Of a DNA stretch of 64,000 nt, positions 9,776-19,217 are shown one piece after another. The DNA comes from an uncultured Candidatus Saccharibacteria bacterium (lineage in GTDB: Bacteria; Patescibacteriota; Saccharimonadia; Saccharimonadales; JAUPVS01): NCBI GenBank assembly GCA_964410185.1, contig CAYPFM010000002.1, positions 70,047 to 134,046 of the forward strand, given 5' to 3'. Numbering within the stretch: position 1 is the stretch's first letter; each line of letters starts with the position of its first letter. Below the pieces are notes generated by a model. The model saw only the letters and a list, made by a program, of their open reading frames with translations. It was not told the DNA's origin and made no database searches. A program made the translations under genes and the position numbers.

Positions 9776-10731
9776 TGATGAAGGGTTTGAAGCGACGCCT
9801 GATTGTTATGGAGCGGATTTTCAAGGCCGGGGCTGTGAACTTTATTCGCAATGCCTGGCTATCGGCAGCTGCTATCGCCGTCATGGTCATTACGCTTACT
9901 ATTGTCTTATTCTCCTTCATGGCTCGAGTGACGTTTAATCACACCATCCAGCAGATTAATGACAAGATTGACGTCTCGGTCTACCTCAAGGATGACATCA
10001 GTGCCGCCCAAAAAGAAAAACTCATCAACGATATAAAGGCTATGCAGTCAGTCAAGTCGGTGACGTACATTTCTAAGCAACAGGCGCTGGACAAATATCG
10101 CGAACAGAACCAAGGCAACGCCGATTTATTGGTTGCTATTTCGCAAACCGACAATCCGCTTCCAGCCAGCCTCGACGTGAAGCCGGTTGATCCAAACCAA
10201 CTGCAAGAACTAAAGACCTTCCTCGAACGACCGGATGTTAAAAAACTGCAATCAAACGAAACTTCGTATTCCGGCGACCGCAAAGAGGCTATTGATAAGA
10301 TTAGTCATGCCACGAACTTCCTTCAGGAAGCCGGTCTGGTCGGGGTCATCATTTTCACGGTCATCTCCATGCTGATTATTTTCAACACCATTCGTATGGC
10401 CATCTTTAACCGCCGCGATGAACTGAACATCATGCGTTTGTTGGGGGCAAGTACCTGGTATATTCGTGGGCCGTTCGTGGTGGAAACCATGTTGTATGGC
10501 CTCATCGCGGCCATTATTTCGGTCCTTATCTGTAATGCGTTGTTTAGCGTTTCATCGGGAGCTTTCGAAGCCAGCACGCTCGGCCTCCTCGACATTAAGT
10601 TCGCCAATGATTACTTCGTAAACCACTATTGGTTAATTTTGACCGGACAGATTCTAATCGGTATACTAATTGGAGCCGCATCGTCCTATCTTGCTACACG
10701 GCGATACCTCAAATTCAAGTCAACAAAATAA
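9775..10731 (+). CDS. ftsX: cell-division permease-like protein FtsX
   Basis: 318 aa. TM1, large extracellular loop, three C-terminal TMs. Start overlaps the ftsE stop (TAATGATG). Confidence 0.9.
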   Translation: MMKGLKRRLIVMERIFKAGAVNFIRNAWLSAAAIAVMVITLTIVLFSFMARVTFNHTIQQINDKIDVSVYLKDDISAAQKEKLINDIKAMQSVKSVTYISKQQALDKYREQNQGNADLLVAISQTDNPLPASLDVKPVDPNQLQELKTFLERPDVKKLQSNETSYSGDRKEAIDKISHATNFLQEAGLVGVIIFTVISMLIIFNTIRMAIFNRRDELNIMRLLGASTWYIRGPFVVETMLYGLIAAIISVLICNALFSVSSGAFEASTLGLLDIKFANDYFVNHYWLILTGQILIGILIGAASSYLATRRYLKFKSTK

Positions 10732-10793
10732 ACTTCACGAATCTCCTACAAAACAACATAATCAACTAATTGCAATGTATTGCGGGGTGTGGT

Positions 10794-11954
10794 ATGATGC
10801 TTATGTTATCTAAAAAATCAAAAATGACACAAAAAAAGAGCTCCACTATCAAGGGTAGAATCGTCGCAGTCACGCTGGCGCTAACCATGGTAGTGTCTTT
10901 TGGCCGGGTCGTGCTCGTACATGCCGACCAGTTTGATGATCAAATTAACGCCCTGCGGGCCGCCAACAGCCAGAACCAAGCCTCAGCTAATCAGTTGCAG
11001 ATCCAGGCCGACAGTTACCAAGGCGCGATTAATGCTCTCCAGGGTCAAATCAACGCCCTGCAGGCTTCAATTGATGCCAACAAAGCCAAGCAGGCTGATC
11101 TGCAAAACCAAATCACTGCCGCCGAAGCAGAGTTGGCGAAGCAAAAGAAAGTTCTCGGCGATAACATTCGTCAAATGTACCTAGAAGGGCAGATTAGCAC
11201 CCTAGAGATGTTGGCTTCTAGCAAAGACCTCAGCGATTTCGTGGATAAACAGCAGTACCGCAACTCCGTCCAAAGTAAAATCCAGGACACCCTGGCCAAG
11301 ATTACCGAATTGAAGCACCAGCTGAACTCTCAAAAAGACGAAGTCGAGAAGTTGCTAAAAGACCAGCAAACCATGCAAGACACCTTAGCTGGACAGCGTA
11401 ACCAACAGAACGCGCTATTATCCTTTACCGAAGCTCAAAAAGACCAATACACCCAAACCATCAGGGCTAATAATAGCCAGATTTCGAGCTTGCGCGCTCA
11501 GCAAGCTGCTGCCAACGCTCGCTTGTTTACCGGTGCCAATGTGGTGCTTGGATCAGCTTGCGACACCTCTCACGGCGACACCTATCCTTCACCATGGTGT
11601 TCGGCCGGACAAGACAGCATGGTTGACTCTTGGGGTATGTATAACCGTGAGTGTGTTAGTTACACCGCCTGGAAGGTGCACGAAAGTGGCCGCCACATGC
11701 CGTACTGGGGCGGGGTAGGAAATGCTAACCAGTGGGATGACAACGCGCGCGCAGCTGGCATACCAGTTGATGGCAGTCCTCGCGCCGGTGACGTCGCTAT
11801 AAAGAACTCTCAGCCGTATGGACACGCCATGTACGTCGAAGGTGTTAACGGTGACGGAACCATTAACATTAGTCAGTACAACTCCAACTTGAACGGACAG
11901 TTCTCACGTGCCTACAACGTCAACCCCAACGGCTTAGTCTTCATCCACTTCTAA
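10794..11954 (+). CDS. secreted coiled-coil + C-terminal CHAP domain peptidoglycan hydrolase (PcsB-like architecture)
   Basis: Signal/TM segment, about 230 aa of Q/A/L-rich coiled coil, then a CHAP domain (CVSYTAWKV...GHAMYVEGVNGDGTINISQYN). Start chosen at ATG 10794; the exact start is uncertain. Confidence 0.8.
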   Translation: MMLMLSKKSKMTQKKSSTIKGRIVAVTLALTMVVSFGRVVLVHADQFDDQINALRAANSQNQASANQLQIQADSYQGAINALQGQINALQASIDANKAKQADLQNQITAAEAELAKQKKVLGDNIRQMYLEGQISTLEMLASSKDLSDFVDKQQYRNSVQSKIQDTLAKITELKHQLNSQKDEVEKLLKDQQTMQDTLAGQRNQQNALLSFTEAQKDQYTQTIRANNSQISSLRAQQAAANARLFTGANVVLGSACDTSHGDTYPSPWCSAGQDSMVDSWGMYNRECVSYTAWKVHESGRHMPYWGGVGNANQWDDNARAAGIPVDGSPRAGDVAIKNSQPYGHAMYVEGVNGDGTINISQYNSNLNGQFSRAYNVNPNGLVFIHF

Positions 11955-12068
11955 ACAAGCCGAACGCACCGCCCATTTCTCAGCATAAATTCAACCTTGG
12001 TGGCTATATTCTTCTGTGACATAATGAAGAAACTATAAGCAGAATTAATCTTTCCGTGAGGGGTATGA

Positions 12069-13298
12069 GTGCAACATTCAAATACCGAGCCAGCCGCTCG
12101 TAAATCAAAACGACCATCAAAAAAAGCTCGAACCTGGATGAAGCGTCTCAGTTTGGTGTTGATAGCTGGCATCATCTTTATGGTCGGCCTCAATATTGGT
12201 AATGGGCGCATCTCGTTTTCAACCCAAACCGGTGTGCAAAAGAACCTACCGAACAAACTCGATTACACCTCTGTTGACGAGCTGTACAAGGTGCTCAAGG
12301 CCAATTTTGACGGCACGCTTGATCCTAATAAGTTAATCGATGGTGCCAAGCAGGGACTCGTCAAGGCGGCTGGCGACCCACACACCGAATATCTGAACGC
12401 CCAAGAGTATAAGGAATTCAACAACCAGCTGAGCGGTACCTTTAGTGGTATCGGTGCCGAACTCGGCCAGGACGAAAAGGATAATATTATCGTCGTGGCA
12501 CCAATCGCTGGCTTCCCAGCCGAGAAGGCCGGCCTCAAGGCCAAGGACATCATTGTGCAAATTGATGGCACCACAACCACCGGTATGAGCGTCTCAGAGG
12601 CTGTGAACAAGATCCGTGGACCAAAGGGAACGACCGTCACACTCAAGGTGGTGCACGACGGTGAACTTAAAGAAATCAAGATTGTTCGCGACGACATTTC
12701 AATCCCAAGCGTTACCAGTAAGGTAGAAAATGGCATTGGCTACCTCACAATTACTCGGTTTGGTGAAGATACGGCTGAGCTGTCGCGCAAAGCCGCGCAA
12801 AGCTTTAAAGACCAGAACGTTAAGGGCGTCGTGCTCGATATGCGTAACAACCCTGGTGGTTTGCTCGATGCCGCCGTTTCGGTCTCCAGCTTATGGCTGC
12901 CACAAGGCACCACCGTGCTTACCGAGCGCCGCGACAACGTTGTTACCAATACCTACAAAGCAACCGGTGATCCACTGCTCAAGGGCCTACCAACGAGCGT
13001 CTTGATTGATGGCGGAAGCGCCAGTGCCAGCGAAATTACGGCCGGCGCCCTCAAAGACAACGGCGCGGCTACCCTGGTGGGCGAAAAATCCTACGGCAAG
13101 GGCAGTGTGCAGCAAATCGTGAAGCTTAACGACGGCGGTGTGCTCAAAGTCACCATCGCGCGTTGGTATACACCAAAGGGCAAGAACATCGACAAGGCAG
13201 GAATTACGCCGGACACCGTCGTTACGATTAGCGCCCAGGATGTCAAAGCTGGCCAAGATCCGCAAATGGCGGCAGCCGTCAAAGCGCTCGGCTTGTAA
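12069..13298 (+). CDS. S41 family C-terminal processing peptidase with PDZ domain
   Basis: 409 aa. N-terminal TM, PDZ (GFPAEKAGLKAKDIIVQIDG), catalytic region GGSASASEI ... GKGSVQ. GTG start preceded by GAGGGG. Confidence 0.88.
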   Translation: MQHSNTEPAARKSKRPSKKARTWMKRLSLVLIAGIIFMVGLNIGNGRISFSTQTGVQKNLPNKLDYTSVDELYKVLKANFDGTLDPNKLIDGAKQGLVKAAGDPHTEYLNAQEYKEFNNQLSGTFSGIGAELGQDEKDNIIVVAPIAGFPAEKAGLKAKDIIVQIDGTTTTGMSVSEAVNKIRGPKGTTVTLKVVHDGELKEIKIVRDDISIPSVTSKVENGIGYLTITRFGEDTAELSRKAAQSFKDQNVKGVVLDMRNNPGGLLDAAVSVSSLWLPQGTTVLTERRDNVVTNTYKATGDPLLKGLPTSVLIDGGSASASEITAGALKDNGAATLVGEKSYGKGSVQQIVKLNDGGVLKVTIARWYTPKGKNIDKAGITPDTVVTISAQDVKAGQDPQMAAAVKALGL

Positions 13299-13379
13299 TT
13301 ATTACATCTGAAAAAACTTGGCTTCACACCGTAAATGGGTTAGGATATGAGGGATAAAGCGTAAGAGGGGCAATCAGCG

Positions 13380-14984
13380 GTGGCAAAACGACCGACTAAG
13401 TTTATTTTTGTAACAGGTGGCGTGCTTTCCGGACTCGGCAAGGGCATTACCGCCGCCTCCATCGGCAATCTCTTAAAGGCCCGCGGCCTCAACGTTAACC
13501 TCCAAAAATGTGATCCCTACCTCAACGTTGACGCCGGTACCCTCAACCCGCGCGAACATGGCGAGTGTTTCGTTACCAAAGACGGCGCCGAAACCGACCT
13601 CGACCTTGGTCACTACGAACGCTTTCTAGACCAAGAACTAACACAAGCCAGCTCGTTAATGGCTGGTCGCGTCCTCCTAAAGATTATTCAAGATGAACGA
13701 GCCGGCCTGTACGCTGGCGAGGATGTTCAGATTATCCCGCACCTCACCGGCCTGATTGCCGAAACCGTCCAAAAGGCCGGCGAAGGCTTTGATGTGCATA
13801 TCGTCGAAATTGGTGGCACGGTGGGTGACTACGAAAGCCTAAGCTTCATCGAAGCTATCCGCGAACTCGGCCTCAAGGTTGGTCACGAAAATTGTCTCTA
13901 CGTCCACGTCGTCTACATGCCGTACCTCGGTGCCAGCCACGAATTTAAAACCAAGCCTGCTCAGAACTCCGTTCGTGAGTTGCGTGGCCTCGGCATTGCT
14001 CCCGACATTCTGGTTGGCCGCAGCGAAACAGCGCCAAACCCCAGCATTAAAGAAAAACTCAGTCTATTCTGCGGTGTCGACAAGGATTCAATCGCCTTAT
14101 TGCCAAACGCTTCAACCATCTACCAGGTCCCACTGACGCTCGAAGACACTGGTATCGCCGATGTTATCAGCAAGCATCTCGACCTCAAAACCGCCAAGCC
14201 ACACCTCAAAGACTGGCGCCAAGTGGTCGACCGCGCTACCAAGTCACACGCCAAAAAAGTTAAAGTTGGCGTGGTGGCCAAATATCTCGACAACCAAGAC
14301 ACCTACATGTCGGTCTTCGAAGCGCTGCGCGCAGCTGGCTGGTCGCACGACGCTGACGTCGATATTAGCTGGATTGATGCCGAAGAGCTCGAAAAAGCCA
14401 AAGATCCTGCAAGCCTACTCGAAACAGTTGATGGCATCGTGGTGCCCGGTGGTTTTGGAAACCGCGGCTTAGAAGGAAAAATTACGGCGGCCCAGTACTG
14501 CCTCACGAACAAGAAGCCGTATCTCGGGCTCTGTCTGGGCCTGCAAATGGCGGTGATTGGTGCTGCCCGCAATGCTGGCATTAAAGACGCCACAACCGTC
14601 GAGCTGAACCCAGACGGCAAGAATCAAGTCATCAACATCATGGCCGACCAAAAGGGCAAGGAAAATACCGGCGGCAGCATGCGGTTGGGTGACTATCCTT
14701 GTGTCGTCACCAAGGGAAGCATGGCTGCCGAGCTGTACGGCACCAATAAGATTACCGAACGCCACCGTCACCGCTACGAGTGCAACAACGACTACCGTGA
14801 CCAGTACGAAGCCTGGGGCATTAAGCCAGTTGGTCTGTCACCCGACGGCCACTTGGTCGAGATGATTGAAGCCATCGACCATCCATTTATGATGGCCAGT
14901 CAATTCCATCCCGAGTTTAAATCTCGCCCCAATCGACCACACCCAATGTTTGACGGTTTCATCAAGTCACTCTTGCGGAAATAG
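13380..14984 (+). CDS. pyrG: CTP synthase
   Basis: 534 aa. KFIFVTGGVLSGLGKG, glutaminase domain with LGLCLGLQ and HRHRYE. Confidence 0.97.
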   Translation: MAKRPTKFIFVTGGVLSGLGKGITAASIGNLLKARGLNVNLQKCDPYLNVDAGTLNPREHGECFVTKDGAETDLDLGHYERFLDQELTQASSLMAGRVLLKIIQDERAGLYAGEDVQIIPHLTGLIAETVQKAGEGFDVHIVEIGGTVGDYESLSFIEAIRELGLKVGHENCLYVHVVYMPYLGASHEFKTKPAQNSVRELRGLGIAPDILVGRSETAPNPSIKEKLSLFCGVDKDSIALLPNASTIYQVPLTLEDTGIADVISKHLDLKTAKPHLKDWRQVVDRATKSHAKKVKVGVVAKYLDNQDTYMSVFEALRAAGWSHDADVDISWIDAEELEKAKDPASLLETVDGIVVPGGFGNRGLEGKITAAQYCLTNKKPYLGLCLGLQMAVIGAARNAGIKDATTVELNPDGKNQVINIMADQKGKENTGGSMRLGDYPCVVTKGSMAAELYGTNKITERHRHRYECNNDYRDQYEAWGIKPVGLSPDGHLVEMIEAIDHPFMMASQFHPEFKSRPNRPHPMFDGFIKSLLRK

Positions 14985-14999
14985 GCAAATTCTTGTAGC

Positions 15000-15434
15000 A
15001 TGAGCATTATGGACGAACCAACACAAACACCTCCCGCGGCTACTCCCGCACCAACCGCAGCCAGCGCCAAAAAAATCCTTCTGGTTGAGGATGATGACGC
15101 TCTAGCCAGTGTTTACATGACTCGGTTGCAAGCCGAAGGCTTTGACGTCAAGCGCGTTCCCAACGGGGAAGATGCCCTCGCAACCGCGTTGCAGTATCGC
15201 CCTGATCTTATTTTGCTCGATGTTATGATGCCCAAAGTTAGTGGCTTTGATGTCCTTGATATTCTCCGCAACACGCCCGAAACCAACAACATCAAGGTCA
15301 TCATGCTGACAGCGCTCAGCCAAGATAGCGACAAAGAACGCGCCACCCAGCTTGGTGCCGACGACTACCTAGTCAAGTCTCAAGTTGTTATTGCCGATGT
15401 GGTCGACCGCATCCGCCACCACCTCAACGTCTAA
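15000..15434 (+). CDS. stand-alone response-regulator receiver protein (CheY-like)
   Basis: 144 aa. LLVEDDD, LILLDVMMP (phospho-acceptor Asp present), LTAL, LVKSQ. Close paralog of the receiver at 54860..56083. Confidence 0.85.
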   Translation: MSIMDEPTQTPPAATPAPTAASAKKILLVEDDDALASVYMTRLQAEGFDVKRVPNGEDALATALQYRPDLILLDVMMPKVSGFDVLDILRNTPETNNIKVIMLTALSQDSDKERATQLGADDYLVKSQVVIADVVDRIRHHLNV

Positions 15435-15437
15435 TTA

Positions 15438-15466
15438 TTGTCAAAAAAGCCAGCAAATGTTTTAAT
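15438..15466 (+). promoter_or_regulatory. sigma70-type promoter TTGTCA-N17-(TGT)TTTAAT; 8 nt before ATG 15475
   Basis: -35 box at 15438-15443, -10 box at 15461-15466, extended TG at 15458-15459. Confidence 0.5.
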
Positions 15467-15474
15467 AGGCTGTA

Positions 15475-15708
15475 ATGACACACCCACAAATCGACACCAT
15501 TGATTCGGCCGCCCCTCAAGGTGGTTTTGCCGAAGAAGCAACCCTCGCGGCGCTACGACTCGAGGCTTTTGCCGGCGAAGTCGGCCAGCGGGTGAACGCA
15601 CTACTAGATAATGACGCCCTCCCGTATGCCATTGCGGCTGGTACGCTCGTTTTAGCGGGAACTGCTATTACTGCTGTGGGTCGAACCGGCCAAAAACTAT
15701 TAAACTAA
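15475..15708 (+). CDS. small hypothetical protein with C-terminal hydrophobic helix
   Basis: 77 aa. A leaderless-type promoter lies directly upstream. No recognisable domain. Confidence 0.4.
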   Translation: MTHPQIDTIDSAAPQGGFAEEATLAALRLEAFAGEVGQRVNALLDNDALPYAIAAGTLVLAGTAITAVGRTGQKLLN

Positions 15709-15730
15709 AGCCCGCTCCTAAGCCACTCTG

Positions 15731-15759
15731 TTGACAAATCAACAAGCTTATGCTAATAT
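15731..15759 (+). promoter_or_regulatory. promoter TTGACA-N17-(TGC)TAATAT; 6 nt before ATG 15766; member of a three-promoter family
   Basis: TTGACAaatcaACAAGCTTATGCTAATATgcttgtATG. The same core occurs at 16461 and 33858. Confidence 0.65.
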
Positions 15760-15765
15760 GCTTGT

Positions 15766-16401
15766 ATGAATCAGCTCCAGCCTCAGCTAACTCCATCGGA
15801 ACAACCCCACGTTGTATTGCCTGAGGCTGTGCAAGCCCAAATGCCCCCAGAACAACCCTACGAGCCCACCAAGGGCGATCATCTTGCCCGTCTAACCGGG
15901 GCTACGGCAACCAGTATGCTTGGTGTCGGCCTTGCAGCTGAAGCGCCAACTACTGCCGGTAAGCTCGTGGGTGGGGCTATGGCTCTTTACGGCGCACGAG
16001 ATTATGTCAACGCAAGTGCAGAGATGAGTGGTCGTGAGATGCCAACCGAGTCCCTGATGGGACGCACAAAACAGCGACTATTCGAGATGTCTCAGGTTCT
16101 CGCCGACAAGCATGCAGATAGCCAAGGTCTTATTGGTCGCCTAAAGCGACGCGTTGGTGAAGAAGTGCTTGATCTTCAGGACAAAGAATTTCGGGTTAAC
16201 TTCCAGCGTTTAGTTGGTGGTATGGCCGTCAGTATGTTCGGGATTCAGCTCATGGAAGTGCCCGGCACGGCCGCAAAGGTCGTGAGTGGCGCGTTGATGG
16301 TCGGTGGTATGGCCGAAACAGTGCTGAGCACCCAAAAGGTCGGCGATCGCACCAACCAACTTGCCGCACAGGGCGGACCATCACGACGTAACCAGTCGTA
16401 A
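15766..16401 (+). CDS. hypothetical protein with two Gly/Ala-rich amphipathic/membrane repeats
   Basis: 211 aa. Internal repeat TATSMLGVGLAAEAPTTAGKLVGGAMALYG / GGMAVSMFGIQLMEVPGTAAKVVSGALMVGG. Confidence 0.5.
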   Translation: MNQLQPQLTPSEQPHVVLPEAVQAQMPPEQPYEPTKGDHLARLTGATATSMLGVGLAAEAPTTAGKLVGGAMALYGARDYVNASAEMSGREMPTESLMGRTKQRLFEMSQVLADKHADSQGLIGRLKRRVGEEVLDLQDKEFRVNFQRLVGGMAVSMFGIQLMEVPGTAAKVVSGALMVGGMAETVLSTQKVGDRTNQLAAQGGPSRRNQS

Positions 16402-16426
16402 TACAAGCAAAGCCACGCGACAAAAC

Positions 16427-16449
16427 AGCCACCTTCCGGGGTGGTTTTT
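16427..16449 (+). terminator. rho-independent terminator
   Basis: CCACC-ttccgg-GGTGG followed by TTTTT. Confidence 0.6.
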
Positions 16450-16460
16450 ATGTTATAAGC

Positions 16461-16489
16461 TTGACTTAATAACAAGCTTATGCTAATAT
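16461..16489 (+). promoter_or_regulatory. promoter TTGACT-N17-(TGC)TAATAT for the FHA gene; leader of about 20 nt
   Basis: TTGACTtaataACAAGCTTATGCTAATATG. Second member of the shared-promoter family. Confidence 0.6.
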
Positions 16490-16515
16490 GTAGCTAGAAA
16501 CAAGGCACAACAAAA

Positions 16516-17640
16516 ATGACAAACACCAGCCCAAATCCTAGCCCCGAAATCCAAGAACAGCAGAATCCTGTTATTGAAGCCGATTTGCGACAGCAAAGCA
16601 TGGCCTTCAAACTTGCTGAAATGCCTGCTGGTGAGCATGCAGGTTACAAGGACCTGGAACAAGACCGGGTTACAATCCTGGCTGAACTTGATGCAGGCGC
16701 AGGCAATCGTTTTGTCGTCTGCCAAGACAAGCAAGCCAAAGAAGGGGAAAGCCCATATTACGTCTTGAGCACTTTTCGGTTGTACAAGCCAGAAGGCGAG
16801 AACACCTATGGCGTTGCAACGAGTGTCACGTTGGAGCCGGGCGTTCCACTTCCTCTTGGCCGCAACCAAATGGGTGACGTCACAGTTCGCCATGCCGATG
16901 TGACCATGTCACGGAAGCACGCCACACTTACGCTTGCAGAAGACGGAACCTTGAACATCGCCGACCATAGTACGCACGGTACGCACGTTAAATATGCCAC
17001 TACAGAGAATGCTACTCAACCCGAAAGTACGGAAGCTGAGTCGCCCACAAAAGCCGAAGTTGCAGAAGCAGCAGGCCAACATTTAGATGCTAACCTAGAC
17101 GCCTTACGAGCCAACGAAGCCAACGGCGAACTGGGCACTGAACTTGCTGATAGCGTCAATCGTCTTATTAGCTGGGTTCACGCTGATACCACCGGACGTA
17201 CGCCAGAAGGTGATATCAACTGGGAAGCACGTGTCGAGACGAACCGCGACGGCACATTTGTGCTGAAAGCCAAGGCAATTGGGGGCAAGCACGGCATTGC
17301 GCTGCCTGGCGATAAAACCGCTCACCTAAAAACCTTTGAGATTAATGTTGATGAAAACGGCAACCCACTGGGTGATTCAATTAAATTGAATGTAGAGCTG
17401 TGGGATGTCGAGGGCTTTAGGGCTCGCGAAGTACGGGGAGTCCAGATTGAAGCCAACCAAGGGGCGCTAAAAACGACCGACACCACAACGTATCTTGATC
17501 ACGCTCTAGTTGGTACGGACGACAGGTTAGTTAAACTCGCACAAGCCAGCTGGCGTTCACCAGCTACCGTATATGACGCACAGGTTGCTTTGAGCATATT
17601 GTCGGGCAAAGGTAGCGCCCCAGCAGAAGCAGCTCGCTAA
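16516..17640 (+). CDS. FHA domain-containing protein
   Basis: 374 aa. LPLGRNQMGDVTVRHADVTMSRKHATLTLAEDGTLNIADHSTHGTHV matches the FHA pattern G-R...S-R-x-H...D..S..GT.V. The C-terminal 200 aa are unassigned. Confidence 0.7.
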   Translation: MTNTSPNPSPEIQEQQNPVIEADLRQQSMAFKLAEMPAGEHAGYKDLEQDRVTILAELDAGAGNRFVVCQDKQAKEGESPYYVLSTFRLYKPEGENTYGVATSVTLEPGVPLPLGRNQMGDVTVRHADVTMSRKHATLTLAEDGTLNIADHSTHGTHVKYATTENATQPESTEAESPTKAEVAEAAGQHLDANLDALRANEANGELGTELADSVNRLISWVHADTTGRTPEGDINWEARVETNRDGTFVLKAKAIGGKHGIALPGDKTAHLKTFEINVDENGNPLGDSIKLNVELWDVEGFRAREVRGVQIEANQGALKTTDTTTYLDHALVGTDDRLVKLAQASWRSPATVYDAQVALSILSGKGSAPAEAAR

Positions 17641-17662
17641 CGCACGGTAGCTGACTCAAATA

Positions 17663-17688
17663 AAAAGAGCTCCGCAAGGAGCTCTTTT
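17663..17688. terminator. bidirectional terminator hairpin between convergent genes
   Basis: AAAAGAGCTCC-GCAA-GGAGCTCTTTT. 11-bp stem, GNRA-type loop, A/T runs on both sides. Confidence 0.8.
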
Positions 17689-17704
17689 GCTGTGCAGAGG
17701 AACT

Positions 17705-17977
17705 TTATTCGACCGTGACTTCGGTGCGAATGGTAGTTTTGCCAGTAAAGCGGCGGATTTTGCGCTGCTTGTAGGTGACGATGCCGTCGCGGTCAGCGTG
17801 GATGGTGTAGTTGCGGCTGAGCTTGGTGCCAACGCCAGCGCGCTTGGTAAGACCAACCTGGCGAACAATTACCTGGCCGGTGGTAACTTTTTCGCCACCA
17901 AAGAGCTTAACACCAAGGCGTTGCCCGGGACTGTCATGATTATTTTTACTTGATCCACCAGCTTTAACGTGTGACAT
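17705..17977 (-). CDS. rpmA: 50S ribosomal protein L27
   Basis: 90 aa. MSHVKAGGSSKNNHDSPGQRLGVKLFGGE...IVRQ. Confidence 0.95.
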   Translation of the reverse strand: MSHVKAGGSSKNNHDSPGQRLGVKLFGGEKVTTGQVIVRQVGLTKRAGVGTKLSRNYTIHADRDGIVTYKQRKIRRFTGKTTIRTEVTVE

Positions 17978-17990
17978 AGGTCTCTCTCAG

Positions 17991-19208
17991 TTACTTTCTT
18001 GTTATTACTACAAGTTCACGGCCCACAAATTGATCATCCCTGTGATAGATCAAATCTTCATTACGAACGTGAACGAAACTCATCCGAGTATACCCTAATT
18101 CCTCGAGAGAATCAAGGCAAGGGAGGTGTTTAAAACCGTTTTTGGTTTTCCAGGCGGGGACGGCCAAACAGAGATGAAGGTCTGCTGGGGTTTGCTTAGC
18201 CATGTTTTTGAGGAATTTGCGGTGAATAGTGTCGACGTCGCGCATAACTTGACCGAGAGTTTCGGCGTCTGGTTCGGCCGAGAAGGGGCGCCCTAGATAG
18301 GTCTCGCCAGCTACCATATCAAAGCCTGACCACGAATGGTCGGTGGCATCGCCAACTTCGAGCTTAAACGAACCGGCGACGTTGTGCTTTTCGGTCAACC
18401 AGGTCAGGTTGGCTCGGCTATAGTCGATCATGCGTGGCTCTAGGTCGGTACCGTAAGCAGCAAAGCCGGCCAGCAGGGCTTCCTGCAGCACCACACCGGT
18501 GCCACAGAAGGGATCAAGAATACACGACAAGCGGTTACTGAGGGCTACGTCGGCCTTTTGTTCATCGGGTATGGCAGAGACGTGGTTGCCAGCTAAGTTA
18601 ACGATAATTTGGGCCAACTTAGGTGGCAGCATGCCAACGCGGGCGTCGCGCTTGGGACGGGCTTGGTCGCGAGCGGCGTAGGCGTCGATGTCTTGGACGT
18701 CAACGACTTCGGCGATTAGGGTGCCAGAGCCGTCTTTGACCAGCACGAACTCTAGGCCGGTCGGGCCGGTGAGCTGGTTGTGCAGGGTCTGAGCACTACT
18801 TAATTCCAAACTAGTGTTTGGTACCACGCGGACTGAGCGGCCGGCTTTTTTGACGTACTTTTTAACTTCTAAGCCAGCTCGGTTAACTTCGGCGATTGTC
18901 ATGCGCAGGCCGTAGACGTTGAGGCCGAGGCGGATTTTACCTTCAGGAATATCCTGGAGCAGGGGCGGTACGGTTTTGGTCGCCAAGTGACGGATAATTT
19001 GCGGCCAGGCGGTGGTATCGACGCGGCCAAGGACTTTGGCTAACTTGATGGTGCCACCCAGCCGGGCAAACTGCATGTTGCGCGGCTCAACGTCCAGCAC
19101 AGCTACCTGTCGGTCGATCGGGTGCAGCGAACTAGCACCGTGCAGGCGTTCCAGTTCGGCCAAGCCCAGGGCAGGTTGGCGCCCAAGTATTACTAAACTC
19201 TGATTCAT
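17991..19208 (-). CDS. class I SAM-dependent (RNA m2G/Trm11-UPF0020-like) methyltransferase
   Basis: 405 aa. ILDPFCGTGVVLQEA SAM motif I and AAYGTDLE. The N-terminal half resembles a substrate-binding (THUMP-like) module. Substrate not determinable. Confidence 0.55.
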   Translation of the reverse strand: MNQSLVILGRQPALGLAELERLHGASSLHPIDRQVAVLDVEPRNMQFARLGGTIKLAKVLGRVDTTAWPQIIRHLATKTVPPLLQDIPEGKIRLGLNVYGLRMTIAEVNRAGLEVKKYVKKAGRSVRVVPNTSLELSSAQTLHNQLTGPTGLEFVLVKDGSGTLIAEVVDVQDIDAYAARDQARPKRDARVGMLPPKLAQIIVNLAGNHVSAIPDEQKADVALSNRLSCILDPFCGTGVVLQEALLAGFAAYGTDLEPRMIDYSRANLTWLTEKHNVAGSFKLEVGDATDHSWSGFDMVAGETYLGRPFSAEPDAETLGQVMRDVDTIHRKFLKNMAKQTPADLHLCLAVPAWKTKNGFKHLPCLDSLEELGYTRMSFVHVRNEDLIYHRDDQFVGRELVVITRK

Positions 19209-19217
19209 TGAAGGTCC

